A stretch of DNA of 64,000 nucleotides from Amoebophrya sp. A120 (Eukaryota > Protista > Dinoflagellata), in the NCBI GenBank assembly GCA_905178155.1, contig CAJINV010000007.1:3676265-3740264 (forward strand). The letters run 5' to 3'. Below are positions 34,903 through 46,825 of this stretch, in pieces. Below the pieces are notes generated by a model. That model ran no database searches and was not told the DNA's origin. It worked only from the letters and a program-made list of their open reading frames with translations. Position 1 is the stretch's first letter. Every line of letters starts with the position of its first letter. The position numbers were made by a program, and so were the translations under genes.

Positions 34903-37559
34903 ATGTCAAAGATGCGGTGGAAAATCTCTTCAACTTCATCCAGAGCCAGGAGTGCGATGACATTCCCCCCGGCGTCGACTCGTACTAGCACAGGCAGTAC
35001 GAGCTCGGGCACCAAGAGGTGGACCTCGTCGGCGGTGTTTCATCCGCCGGCCCACAGCAGCAACGCGCCTCCCCCTCCAACAAGAACAGCGTCCAATGAG
35101 AGCACGCCCCGACTCGGCGTGGGCCTTTTTGGCACGTTGCGGGCGCCGCGGTTTCTGGCGAAGTGGCGAGACCGCTGCGTGGCCATTTGGAAAACGATGC
35201 ACAAGGTCGACCACTGTCTCCGGTACCGTTTGCATCCGCGGGCAACCGATTTGTTTGCCGCTGTGAACCCCCACGGTCCGATCCGGCAAGCACTGCGGGC
35301 AGCGGAGCAAGCGGCCTTGATTGCCGGCTTAGAGGAGGATGTAGAGAAGCAGGGGGAGTTTGAAACTTTGGTCAAGCTGCATCTGGAGAAATTGATAGCA
35401 TTTGAAGTCGTAGAGCCACGTCTTGATGAAAACGGCGAACAAGCGACGGCGGGGCGCCAACAACAAGAACAGATCCCACTTCAGTCATGTGCTGCCGCTG
35501 CGATGGAGCAGGAGCCAAGACAACCCACTACCAGCAGGAGGAGCGAAAATGATCTGCAGGAAGATCTGTCAACACAGTCGCATTTCTCTTACCACGACAG
35601 CTTCGAAGCCAACGCTGGGAGCATTTTTCGCACCTGTGAGTATCTGGTGAAGCAGCACAGTGACAACGACTCTCCGTACATTGCGACCTTAGCGGATCTC
35701 CTCTGCAAGGTCGCGCGGACCAAGTCGGCCAGGTCGGACTTTGAGACGAAATCCGAGTGGGAACTGCGGATCGCGCAGGAGGCGTATTCCCTCGCACTGA
35801 ACCTGCTGAAAAGCAGCGGGGACTTCGCGAAAGCGAAAGAAGTGTTCGAAGAAGCAACTGGTCGGAGGAGGAGGGAGATGTTGTCGACGAAGAACGTGAA
35901 CGGGGCCGCGACTCATCTAAGGGTAAGCACATCAGCCGGTCATCAAGAACACCATACCACATCAACCGTGGACCAGTACTGGCACGCGGCGAAGCACCGC
36001 CTTCTCGACTTGAAACCAAACGACGAGTACATCCACTGGCAGTCGTTGTGCCACACGCCAGCGATTTTTCTGGAGACGGAATTGAAACCGCCACGAACCT
36101 CGGTTCTGGAGGAGAAACTGTTCTGGACCGACGACGCCCGACTGCACCACTTCCAGCAGGTCATGCGCGCTTTCAAACCCTTTATCGAAGAAGAACTCCG
36201 CCACTTCGTCATCGCCTACAATGAGGGCAGCAGTTGGGCCATGGAAGTTATGTTGGAGAACCGAGCGGAGAAGAGAGTGCAGTTGGCAGAGAGCAAAGTC
36301 GTATTAAACGGCGCATCTTCGAACTCGGGAGGTTTTACAAGGAGGTCTACTGGTACTACCACTGCTGCGTCTACTACTTCCTCCTTCGAAGCCATTTCGT
36401 GTCTGGACCAGAAGCGATTCCGCCCAGCTCCGCTGCAGGCGCTCCCCGCGGTCAAGGAGATGCTCATGCAGATGAAGTCCTTCAATTTCGGAATCCCCTA
36501 CACGCACGAAGATAGCGAGGCCTGCTCCCTCATCCGTTTGGGTAGGAACACGCGGTGCGAACGCTGGCAAATATGCACTGGAAGTCTGTAAGTCTGGGTC
36601 TGGAAGTGGGTGGCTGCAAGACAAAGACTTCTGATGATGTTGACTGACATTATCATGACTCTAGACTGTATGTAGGCATGATGTTGCGGAAAAAATAAAC
36701 CACATTTGTGTACCAGTCTCATGCAAAACAAAATATCATGTGTGTTGTGGCGCATCTGGAAGCGCTAGCGCTTAAGCGCTAGGACGGAAGCGGAAGCGCT
36801 AGCGCTTAAACACTTGTCAACGTGCAACTTGGCTGCGTATTGATGAAGTGTGCATGAAAGCTTTTCAGCCCCAGACATTATAATTGCTCTGCATAGCAGA
36901 GTCAGGGAAGCAATCTGTCCATCAGCATGTGTATGGGGTTGTCGCTCGACGGACCGGATTGCAAATCACCAGGCGCATTTGTAGAGTTTCTGACAACTAC
37001 GCCAAGCACTACAACGGTGTCAACAGCCTCATCTGGTAATGCAGCATCCCCCGGCACGAGTTTGACAGAAGGAGTGGCGTTTAAACAAGAAAGACACAGC
37101 TTGAAAAACAACTTGATCTCATTCGCCTCCGGCTGGGACCATAGATTTGGTACTACGGAAATTACACCTGAAGAGGCGGCCACGACAGATGAACATGGGT
37201 CCCCTTCTGGTTCTGGGTTCGTAAAAAGCACGGGTGGAGGACAACAAGAGCAGGCCCATCAAGAACATCTAGACGAGTCATCTTCCTTCGACAGCGGTGC
37301 GTCCTGGTTTCTGCACGTGAACACCCTGCACCCCGCCTTGGTTGCAAACGAGCACCTCTGCGCGTCCATCGGACGCCGCACGGAGTGGGAGATCGTCGGG
37401 TCGCGGCAAGCGCATCAGTACGCGCGGGCGAAGCAAAATCATGAGTATTTGCTAAAAAACCCGGTTGCGACACCCATCATGGATCGATTCAAAAGCAAAG
37501 GCGGATTCTCGCGAAAACACTTACCCACGGACTTCAACGTGTACAGGCCCCCGGCCTAG
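34903..37559 (+). CDS. Aspartyl/asparaginyl beta-hydroxylase-like (2OG-dioxygenase fold) protein with helical/TPR-like N-terminal region, divergent
   Basis: Exons 34903-36571 and 36901-37559. SLIRLGRNTR..GSNLSISMCMGL, SFASGWDH and WFLHVNTLHPAL align by eye with the AspH C-terminal pattern. Confidence 0.55.
36572..36895. mobile_element. Introner/MITE, family B, 324 bp, TSD GCAAA/GCAGA
   Basis: TATGCA..GTCTGGGTCTGGAAG and CTTTTCAGCCCCAGAC..TGCATA ends. Removal gives RWQSQGSNLS. Confidence 0.9.
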
Positions 37560-38282
37560 TAATAATACTTACTCAATGTTAGGTATCAAAAAGATGTACC
37601 ACGTTGATGAATACTCCCTGCGCAATTTGACGCCTGAATGCATATGCAAAGGCTCACGCTCAGGTGGTAGCGTGGCGCTGATCTTGATTCTCTGGTGCGA
37701 TATTTTTTTCCTGTGTCTGGACAGTTGCGTGCCACGATGCATACCCTACGAACAGTACTGCTTTCCACTATGATCAACACCGATAAAGGAAAACAAGTTT
37801 GATATGGATCATCATTGAGTCCGGATCTGAGATTTTTCTGAATAAAAGGCTCAACAAAGATCATCAAAAGTGCATTTTGGGTTCCGGCCACGTGAGGAAG
37901 ATATTTTTAATTGAGTATTGTCGTCGTCTTTCGCATTGGCATTTCTACGCCATGAAATCACTTTGGTCCACTGCGTTCACGATTGCTAAGCCTGTTTATT
38001 TTGATTTTTTTTCCCTTTGTTCACTTTAGGATCAGATAGTGGACCAAGTCCACCCAGGTGAAGGAGATGTAATACGCCTGTGCCATTATTTCAAGTTTCC
38101 TAATTTCGAGCTCGTAAAGATTCATCTCGCAAAGTGCGTTTTTTCTTTTTCTCAATATCGTGGCGTTAATTTCGATCATGCCTTGTGCTCTACAAGTGCC
38201 TTATTTCTAGGTCCATTTTTACCTACGCACAGTGCCGACTCTTCATGTTGAACCATTATTCGGCCTGACAGAAATAGCCAAA

Positions 38283-41200
38283 ATGAGCGGCCAAACGACC
38301 ACCCACGGTGCTTTCCAGCGACATCACCCCGTCACAATCGATTTCGTGGAAAGCGACCCTGACTTTCCCGCCGAAGCCGCCCTTTTGAATGTCGGCTTTC
38401 CGAGATCTACGCAAGCCGGACAACAAGACAAAGTGGTCGACGGTCGGGGCCCGCAAGATTTGATCATTTCCAAGATCGCGGAGGAAGAGAGTGACGCTGC
38501 AATCTCAACCGAAAATTCATCTACGCCCCTCCGTCGGGAGTACGTCGTTTTCTACGCGGTGTCTTGTGAGGCACACGAAGAGCGGACGTTTGGCACAGGA
38601 GAGAATGCTGGGCAAAAACCGCAAGCACACAGCAGCTCAGTTTTCACCTTGGACCAAGATTCGGACTCAGCGAAGGTGCAGCATCAGGATCACCAGCCTA
38701 ATGCAACCACAAATGCCGAAGGTCTTCCTCAGCCTGCTACTGGTACACAAGAAGGAAGAGCAAACCTTCACCCCCCGCTCCGCATATCCTTGCCGAAGTG
38801 GTCCAAGGGATTTTTCTTTGGCGCCAGGGACGTGCGATTGCAGTTGGTGCGGCAAGGGCAGCACGGGTCGTCGTGGGATTATACCACAGTGTTGACGGAT
38901 GATCAAAATGTTGCGCAGATGGGAACACGTACCGATGCAACGACGGCGTTCGTGTCGGAAAAGCTGCGGTGGTACAAGGATAAGACCGAAGATGATCGAG
39001 ATACCATTGCAGCAGGTGGTCAGGATATCGACAGTGGGAAATCGACCTCGAAGTCCTCTTCAGACGACCGCAACGGCCGCAAGGGAACATCTTCGAGTGC
39101 CCAGAAGCCGGGAACAGTAGGTCGTTCCGCAAAAACAACTTCAATTTACGCCGAGGGCCCTTTGCTCGAGAATTACTGGTCGCTCCTCGCGAAAACGACG
39201 GTTGCGGGGCGGAATTTCGGCTCGGCCTTGGACATGTCCTTTGCTTTTTGGTCGCAGCGCACCTCCCCCGACGTGCTGCAGCGGCAGCTGGATCTCGTGC
39301 AACTGCGACTCAGCCGGGTGAGGATTCCTAATGGGAATGTCAGGTCACGACATCGGAATGTTGAAAAGAGGCCTGGGGCTGGAGCTGCAAGAGGGACGAG
39401 GACGTATTTTCGTGGTTCTGTTGTGGAGCTACTTACAGCAGGGCAGGAGATTCGCCTGGAACCGTTGCGCGAACATCAAGCGCAGCTACTTCGGCATGCG
39501 GCAGGGGAACATCAAGCTCAGTCGAAAGCGCCGAATGTGCATGTCAAATCTGCCGACGAGGAAGGAGACCACAGAGGAGGCGAGCAGCTATCCGAAGAAC
39601 CTGCTGGAAGAGGACAAGTACCGACCATAGACGACACGAGATTGCAAGTAGTGCCCGTCCAAGAACCGCGTTTTTTCGAGTACAGCATGACCGCGTCGAA
39701 TTATAGTCATGACGACGTGCAGGACCAGGACCGTCTTCGTACGACAAGTTTGTTCGAGGAATCAAGAACGTCAGCATCAGGAGGAGACGAAGCTAAGACG
39801 GCTGAAAACGGAAATAAGGGTACAACCCCGAACGTCACGATCACGAAACCTTCTTCTATGTTCATGGTGGTTCCCATCATTTTTCTCTCCTTCACCTTGG
39901 TCTTCCGGGTGCACGTGGATCATGAAGAAGAAGCAGATGACCGAGCTTCCGCCCCCTCGAGCGTTTCACCATCTACTTTACCAGGGCAGGAACAGAAACA
40001 AAACACGGCTCTAGGGTCATGCCCGGAGGACGAAGGTGTTGACGATGTCGAAATGCTTGACGCCACGGAAAGGGAAAATTTTGTCGAGAATAACGTTGTG
40101 TCCTACCACTATTCTCAAGACCAGCGCTTCGTTCGGAACACGGCGAGGCTACTGCAGGGTCGTGACGGACACAAAAGCGGTGCCTTGGCAATTTCTGCTG
40201 GGTCTAGAGCTCCAAATTCTTCCTCTCTCGCCAGGAAGATCTTTCACGCTCTCGCTCAGGACCACACAAAGAGCGCCGCAGGGGTGGATAAAAAGCGACC
40301 AGCGAAGGCCGCCGCCCACACAGAAAAGCAACAGAAACGGGAAGACGCGGGAAAAATCGCGGAAAAAGAGAAAGAAAACGAGAATGATTCCGAGCTACCA
40401 AGAAATCCTGACCGCATTCTGGTTTGTCACGATATCTACGCCGAGGAGAAGTCTTGGCTGGAACCGCTTTTCAGAAACGAGAAACTAAATGGCGGTCAAG
40501 AACCATTAGCAGAATTCGTCGCAGATCCGGTATCTCTCGCGACCACGGTTGGGCTCGGGTTTTCGGAAGACGAGCACGAGATGAGTAAAAAGCATCAGCA
40601 TGATGTTGCTGCCACAAAAGTGAAATCGTTGGGTCCATGGTCGTTGAGCCAGCAGCTCCCAACTTTCGTCCACCTGCGTTGGGACCTGATTGAGCAGGCA
40701 AACGGTACCTACCACCGCGACGAGGTGTTGCAGTTTCTCTGCACACTGCTGCGGCCGGAGCAGGATCAGAAAAAAATTCTCCTCATCACGGGCCTCTGCT
40801 CAGCCTTCTCGCTCGAGCATCCACCATTGGACGCTTCTGACGCTGGAAACAAGAAAAGAGAAAAGAACAAAGTGGGAGATCAAGGTGACAAGGACACTGC
40901 TGGCGGAGGGACATCAAAACAGAGAAACTTTTTCGAGAAGCTGTTCTCAGCCGACCAATTGCTCGAAGATGTGGCGGAATTGCTGAAGACCGAGCAAAAA
41001 TGCGTGACGCCTGACATGGACTGGAATCTTCCACTGCGGGCAGCAATGTCCGAGGTGCATGAGAAACACGAACATGATAACGACGAAACCTTGAACCACG
41101 GTGCTCGCGTGTTAGATCGCACACCAGGAGCTCCTGCACATGGAACTACAAATAACAACGTAAATCACGACGACACGAGAACGACAGCAGGGCTAAGGAA

Positions 41201-43139
41201 CGGAGCGAGTACATCTACGAGTAGTACCGGAGCACCAGCTAGTGCGCGAAATACAAGAGACGACCACCACGACGACCCCAACCATTCACGAAAACCAACT
41301 TCCACGACGCCGACACAGCACCACGCAATTCCGTGGAAATCGCACATCAACAACGAGAACTGGCTGCGGTATCAGCAGCGAAACCACGAGAACACCATTC
41401 TCGCGGAAAAGTTGAAGGTGTGCGTTGTCGGGTTGACCATCGGAGCTGCGGGCGGGGGAAAGTTTTTGTACCGTGAGGCTTGGATGGGGGGAGCTGGAGC
41501 GGATACTGGAAGAGGGGGACAAGACGACCAAGACGACTCTGAGGAACAACGATTGCAGCTTTCTACGGACTTGGTCCGCGCAAGAGAAAAGTCGAAGCAA
41601 GAACTGGGCAATCTGACCTCGAAATCGGCGACGTGGCGGTCCTTTTTCGAGAAGAATGCGTTTCTGGACAAAGACGGCCGGACGATGCATCTGCTCACAG
41701 AGGAAATTGCGGAGGCGGTGAAGAATGTGTGGCTCCTGGATGAAAAAGACGCAGCCAGTACAACAACTCGGGGACCAAAAGCAGGAGCTGACGACATGGA
41801 AAAGCGCGACGAGCATGGAGGGCAACAGGCTGGAGGTCATGTTGATCCTGCTGCGGAAACAGCAGCACTGGACGTCGACTCGTCAATAGGACAAAACGAC
41901 TCGTCCGTTCAGCCCGACGTAGAGCAATTGTGTGCCGATTTGATGGAGTCGCTGAGCCACGAGGACGAAACGTTTTACACAAGTACTGTAACGACAACAT
42001 CACCCTCCCGGCCTTTTGGAAACAACCATCAACGCGGCCAACAGTACCATAATTCTCAGGCACCACTTGTCCAGCATCGGAAAGATAAGCTTTTCGGGCT
42101 CCAGAAACAGCGACAAGAGCTTGCGGACGCGATCCTTTGGCCCCGGTTCTTGCCACACTACTTTGAGGCTATGGGCCTCACGGACGCGAGTCAGCAGCAG
42201 GCTGTGTTGCTGACCGGGCCTAGTGGGAGCGGCAAAACTTTTTTGGGCGTCGAGTGGCTAAAAGCCTGGCTGGAACGTTTCGCGGAAGCCGCTGCTGCTG
42301 CGGCAACTGCATCGAGAAGGACCAAAACTCGAAAAGAAAAAGCAAGAAAAGAACACTGGCGCGTCCGGGTTGTCCACGCGACCGAACTAATCTCCTCTTT
42401 CGTCGGAGAGTCTGAAGAAAATCTGCGCAGGATCTTAAATGATGACACAGCTTCCCGAGGAGCGTCAGCAGCAGGAAAACAAGACGCAGCAGATATCGTC
42501 CCCGATGAAGGAGACGCAGCACTACAGCAGAACGACAACGAGCTGCTGGTCTTTGAAAACATTGACCAGTGGCTTGCGCGACCGGACGACGACAACGACG
42601 ATGCAACCGGCGCAGTTCGCAATCGGCTGCTGACCACCTTTCTCGTCGCCCTTGACGGCATCGACAGCAGAACGGAGAGGAACGCGGGACCTCAGCGCGT
42701 CCTTGTGTGTACCACGACCAAACCTGCCGAAAATTTTCCGCCCTCGATCCTCCGCCCCGGCCGGCTCAAGCCGATTGCGGCGTGTGGTAGTTTGTACAGC
42801 AGGAAGCACGACTTCGATTGCAAGAAAGAGGAGAAAAAAGCGGAAATCGCGTTCCACTTTTTGAAACAGGACTTGGACCAGGTGTTTTCGGAAATTGAAA
42901 TGATGAGCAGTGAGAGAAATAATGCCGCCAGCACAAGTACTGGCGCAGCTGAAGCACGACCGGGAGAAGAACACCATCAGGCACAGATCCAGAAGATCGC
43001 GACCAAGATTTTAAACGAAAAGGTTGTGAAGATGCGAAGCTACTTGGAAGCGGAAACAGTTGGCGCGGTCGAACGTGCTGTGGGGGAAATCTTCCGCACG
43101 GCAGACTCGGTCGCGCAGGCTTTGGGCGGTAGTGCTTAA
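38283..43139 (+). CDS. Large protein with a C-terminal CDC48/AFG2-clade AAA+ module
   Basis: Intronless ORF of about 1620 aa. Walker A GPSGSGKT, ELISSFVGESEENLR, altered Walker B LLVFENID, RLLTTFLVALDG, and SRH ILRPGRL. Confidence 0.8.
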   Translation: MSGQTTTHGAFQRHHPVTIDFVESDPDFPAEAALLNVGFPRSTQAGQQDKVVDGRGPQDLIISKIAEEESDAAISTENSSTPLRREYVVFYAVSCEAHEERTFGTGENAGQKPQAHSSSVFTLDQDSDSAKVQHQDHQPNATTNAEGLPQPATGTQEGRANLHPPLRISLPKWSKGFFFGARDVRLQLVRQGQHGSSWDYTTVLTDDQNVAQMGTRTDATTAFVSEKLRWYKDKTEDDRDTIAAGGQDIDSGKSTSKSSSDDRNGRKGTSSSAQKPGTVGRSAKTTSIYAEGPLLENYWSLLAKTTVAGRNFGSALDMSFAFWSQRTSPDVLQRQLDLVQLRLSRVRIPNGNVRSRHRNVEKRPGAGAARGTRTYFRGSVVELLTAGQEIRLEPLREHQAQLLRHAAGEHQAQSKAPNVHVKSADEEGDHRGGEQLSEEPAGRGQVPTIDDTRLQVVPVQEPRFFEYSMTASNYSHDDVQDQDRLRTTSLFEESRTSASGGDEAKTAENGNKGTTPNVTITKPSSMFMVVPIIFLSFTLVFRVHVDHEEEADDRASAPSSVSPSTLPGQEQKQNTALGSCPEDEGVDDVEMLDATERENFVENNVVSYHYSQDQRFVRNTARLLQGRDGHKSGALAISAGSRAPNSSSLARKIFHALAQDHTKSAAGVDKKRPAKAAAHTEKQQKREDAGKIAEKEKENENDSELPRNPDRILVCHDIYAEEKSWLEPLFRNEKLNGGQEPLAEFVADPVSLATTVGLGFSEDEHEMSKKHQHDVAATKVKSLGPWSLSQQLPTFVHLRWDLIEQANGTYHRDEVLQFLCTLLRPEQDQKKILLITGLCSAFSLEHPPLDASDAGNKKREKNKVGDQGDKDTAGGGTSKQRNFFEKLFSADQLLEDVAELLKTEQKCVTPDMDWNLPLRAAMSEVHEKHEHDNDETLNHGARVLDRTPGAPAHGTTNNNVNHDDTRTTAGLRNGASTSTSSTGAPASARNTRDDHHDDPNHSRKPTSTTPTQHHAIPWKSHINNENWLRYQQRNHENTILAEKLKVCVVGLTIGAAGGGKFLYREAWMGGAGADTGRGGQDDQDDSEEQRLQLSTDLVRAREKSKQELGNLTSKSATWRSFFEKNAFLDKDGRTMHLLTEEIAEAVKNVWLLDEKDAASTTTRGPKAGADDMEKRDEHGGQQAGGHVDPAAETAALDVDSSIGQNDSSVQPDVEQLCADLMESLSHEDETFYTSTVTTTSPSRPFGNNHQRGQQYHNSQAPLVQHRKDKLFGLQKQRQELADAILWPRFLPHYFEAMGLTDASQQQAVLLTGPSGSGKTFLGVEWLKAWLERFAEAAAAAATASRRTKTRKEKARKEHWRVRVVHATELISSFVGESEENLRRILNDDTASRGASAAGKQDAADIVPDEGDAALQQNDNELLVFENIDQWLARPDDDNDDATGAVRNRLLTTFLVALDGIDSRTERNAGPQRVLVCTTTKPAENFPPSILRPGRLKPIAACGSLYSRKHDFDCKKEEKKAEIAFHFLKQDLDQVFSEIEMMSSERNNAASTSTGAAEARPGEEHHQAQIQKIATKILNEKVVKMRSYLEAETVGAVERAVGEIFRTADSVAQALGGSA

Positions 43140-43983
43140 AGACGCACGAGGTGGCTTTCGACTTCTTACGAGAAGCAGCTTCGCAAAGGCTGTGCAAAAC
43201 TGCTATTTGTATTTCTCATGTACGCACACGCAGATTAAAAGAAAAGAGCAGATAGCGATCTTCTATCTTTTTGCGCGAGACGGCGCTCAAGAATACGAAA
43301 AGAAAACTCGCGACAAAGTAAGATGATCCTCTGCAAAAGCAAGCGACGTATTCGTATTACGCATTTTATGAATGTCTAGATTTAGTGGTCCGGGTTTTTT
43401 ATCTTTACAGTGCGCAAGAAAAAAAAAGAAAAAGTGTTTCACATAGAGTTCGGGTGCCAGCACTGCAAGCATAAAGACAGCGCGTCTACAACAGTGGATA
43501 TTTTTGTATATCTGAGTTTTTGTGTTCGCGAGGACGTCGACGTCGAAGTAGTCAAGATCTGCTATTATAGCTTGCAAGAAGTACATGTGCAGCACTCATT
43601 GGTGTCGGTGTTATTGTGAAAGAAAAGAAAAAAAGCGAAGTAGAGCCAAAGAGTGGGAGGAATTCGCACACCGGTTATTTCTGGATCCCATTTCATGTGG
43701 AGTTTCTGCAATTTTTCCTGATCTTCAGTGCTTCTTGTTTTATCCGGCGTGGTCTTAAGTACGCCAGTCCCGCCCCAATCTCGTGGCTTGAGTAACGATA
43801 TTTCTAGAACGCACCCTCCTGACCCTGTAGGCAACGAACGCTCGTAGTGACAAGAAGTGGCGCCTAAATTTTCTCTTCCTTGCTGCCGAAGATCCCGTTT
43901 TAATTGTAGCTAATAACACTACATATTGGAAATTATCGAATTCAAAATACTAAAGATCATTTATTTTGACACCTTTTATTGCG

Positions 43984-46158
43984 ATGGCTAAAGACGAGGA
44001 AATGACGCCAGATTCGGTGCCGCGCGAGGCGGAAAAGAACAAGAATCGTTCTCGAACTACACGCTCGAGCGCGGTTGAGCCTAGTGCTAGTTCCCCGGCA
44101 TCACTTTCACTCTCCTCCTCATCACCGCCTGTCCTTTATTCGCGTAAACAGCTCGAGACGCTAGTCGCCGAGAACAAGTTTTTCCGTCCTGACTACGTCA
44201 ACGACCCGATCGGCCGGGGCTGTTCGCGTCTCAGGTTGTTCAATCAGAACTTTCCCGAAGTCATTCTGTTTCGCGACCACCACGCCTGGTGTCCATTCTG
44301 TCAGAAGGCCTGGATTTTGCTCGAGGAGCTGCGGATTCCGTATGCCGTGGTGAAAGTGACCATGCACAACTACGGCAAGAAAGAATTCTGGTACACGAAA
44401 TACGTCTACGCGAAGGGCACTTTTCCCTGTCTGATCGTGCTGAAAAGTAAGCAGCTGCAGGAAAAGGTGTTGCGTGCCAGTTTGGAAGAGGGCGCGGACC
44501 GAGAAAGTCTGAAGTCGATGCAGGGTCTGGAAAAAATGCCACGAAAGAGTGCGGACAGCGATGTTGGTACGATCGACACCAGCAGCGGCTTCGCTTTCCA
44601 AGCACCTTTGAGGAATAAAAGCGGGGGGGAACAAGCGCAAGAGGAAGAGCAGGGGAAAAGCACCAGAAGACGATCATTGGGCTCCGATAGTGTCGATTCA
44701 TCTGCGCCGACTACTAAATCCTTCATGGAAACGCTACTTGGTACGGTGTCTTCAGCGACCGGATCTAGTAGTAGTGTGGGCAGAGAGAGTACTAGGCGTA
44801 GCCAGCAAGGGGACTACGAGTTGATCAACGACTCCACTCCGGTCATGATCCGCCTGGTCGAGCTGGCGCGGCAGAAAATGCAAGACCAGACGACCCGCAC
44901 CACAACCACAAGCCCGACACACGACGACGGCGCAAACGACATCCACGACCTATCCGACCCCGCGTGGGACCTGCGGGACAAGCAGACCGCGGCAATTTGC
45001 TTCAACTTCATCGAGGGAAAGCTGCTGCACTACTTCTACCGGTGGCTGTCGTGCCAAAACTGCGACTGGAACGACGCCAACGCAAAAGCGATTGAGGCGG
45101 AAAACAAACGGCTTTTTTCACAGGTTTGCGAGGAGCTGTCGGGGCTGCTGAAGGTGAATATTAAACTGCGAACCTCACAAACGCAATCAGAATCAAACGG
45201 GACGAACACGAAGGTGGGAACGGGCAGAATAAAGCTCAAAACCTTCTCTATTTCGGACTGTGTTTTGCTTCCTTGGTTGGAACGGATCAACTCGCAGTTG
45301 TTTTACTACAAGGGATTCGACCTCCGTGCGGAATTCCCGGTCATTGCCGCTTGGTTTGCCAGCATGGAAAAACGGAGCAGCTATCTGATGAGCAAGGGAG
45401 ATTTCTTCACGCACACGCACGCGATTCCACACCGGATCCGGCCCTGCTTTTTCGACGAGTGGACGGTTGGAAGAACGGAACTGCAAAACTGCTGGCAGGC
45501 GGTAGAATGTGGTGGCGGGGCCGCCGCGATTGTTGGCTGTAGAGCTGTGCCCGACGCGTGGGACTCGGAGGTTTGCTTTGAAGGTCCTACCAGTACGACC
45601 TTCGACGAAGACAATGGCCGCAGCGAAATTTTGGCGATGCCCTCGACCTCCCAAGAGCAGCAACAACTCCTCAAGTCCGCTTCTTTCGAAGCTGCCTACA
45701 GGGTCCTCCGGTTTTGGGACGTTTTGGAAAGCAAAACGGAAAGTGTGAAGATAGTGGAAGACAAAAACGCCTTTGACACAGCGATGCGGTTGGTTGTCAT
45801 GAGGTTGATCGTATTTGGTGAAAATGATGATGTCGCAAGGAGGAGCTCCAGCGTTCATACGATCTCCACCGTTCCTGTTGAGGAAATTCCGAACCCGGAG
45901 CAAGTTCTTTTGGTGATTCAGTACTTCAAGGACCGGATCAGTATACCGCGGGACATGGGGTACTACGCCGGGAAGCGCTTCCGGCAAGTGATGTTTTCAC
46001 TGATCGAAGAACTTTGTCGACGGCTGAAAAAAGATCCCTTTGACTGTCCGATTCCCATTCCCTATGACAACCGGTACGATGTACGGCCGGATAAGTTTGT
46101 TGGAAAACAGCACTATGAAGAAATCCCAAAAGTCTTGCAAGTAGTCTTGTTTCGATGA
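43984..46158 (+). CDS. Glutathione S-transferase family protein (cyanobacterial/algal CPxC type) with insertions
   Basis: LFRDHHAWCPFCQKAWILLEELRIPY..KVTMHNYGKKEFWY; FSISDCVLLPWLERINSQLFYYKGFDLR; GDFFTHTH; YFKDRISIPRDM. Confidence 0.85.
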   Translation: MAKDEEMTPDSVPREAEKNKNRSRTTRSSAVEPSASSPASLSLSSSSPPVLYSRKQLETLVAENKFFRPDYVNDPIGRGCSRLRLFNQNFPEVILFRDHHAWCPFCQKAWILLEELRIPYAVVKVTMHNYGKKEFWYTKYVYAKGTFPCLIVLKSKQLQEKVLRASLEEGADRESLKSMQGLEKMPRKSADSDVGTIDTSSGFAFQAPLRNKSGGEQAQEEEQGKSTRRRSLGSDSVDSSAPTTKSFMETLLGTVSSATGSSSSVGRESTRRSQQGDYELINDSTPVMIRLVELARQKMQDQTTRTTTTSPTHDDGANDIHDLSDPAWDLRDKQTAAICFNFIEGKLLHYFYRWLSCQNCDWNDANAKAIEAENKRLFSQVCEELSGLLKVNIKLRTSQTQSESNGTNTKVGTGRIKLKTFSISDCVLLPWLERINSQLFYYKGFDLRAEFPVIAAWFASMEKRSSYLMSKGDFFTHTHAIPHRIRPCFFDEWTVGRTELQNCWQAVECGGGAAAIVGCRAVPDAWDSEVCFEGPTSTTFDEDNGRSEILAMPSTSQEQQQLLKSASFEAAYRVLRFWDVLESKTESVKIVEDKNAFDTAMRLVVMRLIVFGENDDVARRSSSVHTISTVPVEEIPNPEQVLLVIQYFKDRISIPRDMGYYAGKRFRQVMFSLIEELCRRLKKDPFDCPIPIPYDNRYDVRPDKFVGKQHYEEIPKVLQVVLFR

Positions 46159-46825
46159 ATTGCATCTTCATGAGCGATGGCACAAATAGAATAGATACGA
46201 AGAAATTCCAAATAAAGTATGTTGAAGTTTGCCCAAATTTACTACTGCCGCTGCCCGCTCAGTTTCAAAGCATGACGCGATTTCTTACAGGCACCGACGG
46301 CAGAAAAATCAAAAGTTAGAAAACAGTAACTTATCGTTTTGCTAATGTGAATGCTTTCCGTTTCACGTGGTTTCTGAGGAAGTCTGATCACATAGTAGTT
46401 TTCGCTTAGAGGTCGTTTCTTTACCTCATTATTGGACGCCATCGACCTTTCAATTGCGTATGTGTGTGTGCAGTAGCAGAGAGCCTGAAATACAATCAAC
46501 AGCAATCGCGCTCGTGTCGGTAAAACGAGTCGCCCCTCATTCAAACTAAGTTTGTGTTCACGACCACGTGCGTCGTCGTGCATTATTTTGTTTGATCTCC
46601 CTACAACACACACTGACTTACTGTAGCACTCACATCCGGCTGCAACATGCGATATCGTTTCCTGGCAAGTGGCACATTTGGTTTGCTGGATGAAGTAAGA
46701 GAGCTGTCTGACGTAGTACATGTCATCTGACAGTGACTCTGAGTAAGGTATCGAAACCCAGGCGCATCCTTCTCATCTGTGGCGCACCTTCTGCTTCTTT
46801 CTTCTGTAATATGGGGAACTAAACC

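Noticed and set aside
37584-37804. Possible 3' UTR introner TATCAAA...TTTGATA
   Set aside because: Only a 7-bp inverted match, the flanks TTAGG/TGGAT do not form a TSD, and there is no reading frame to test.
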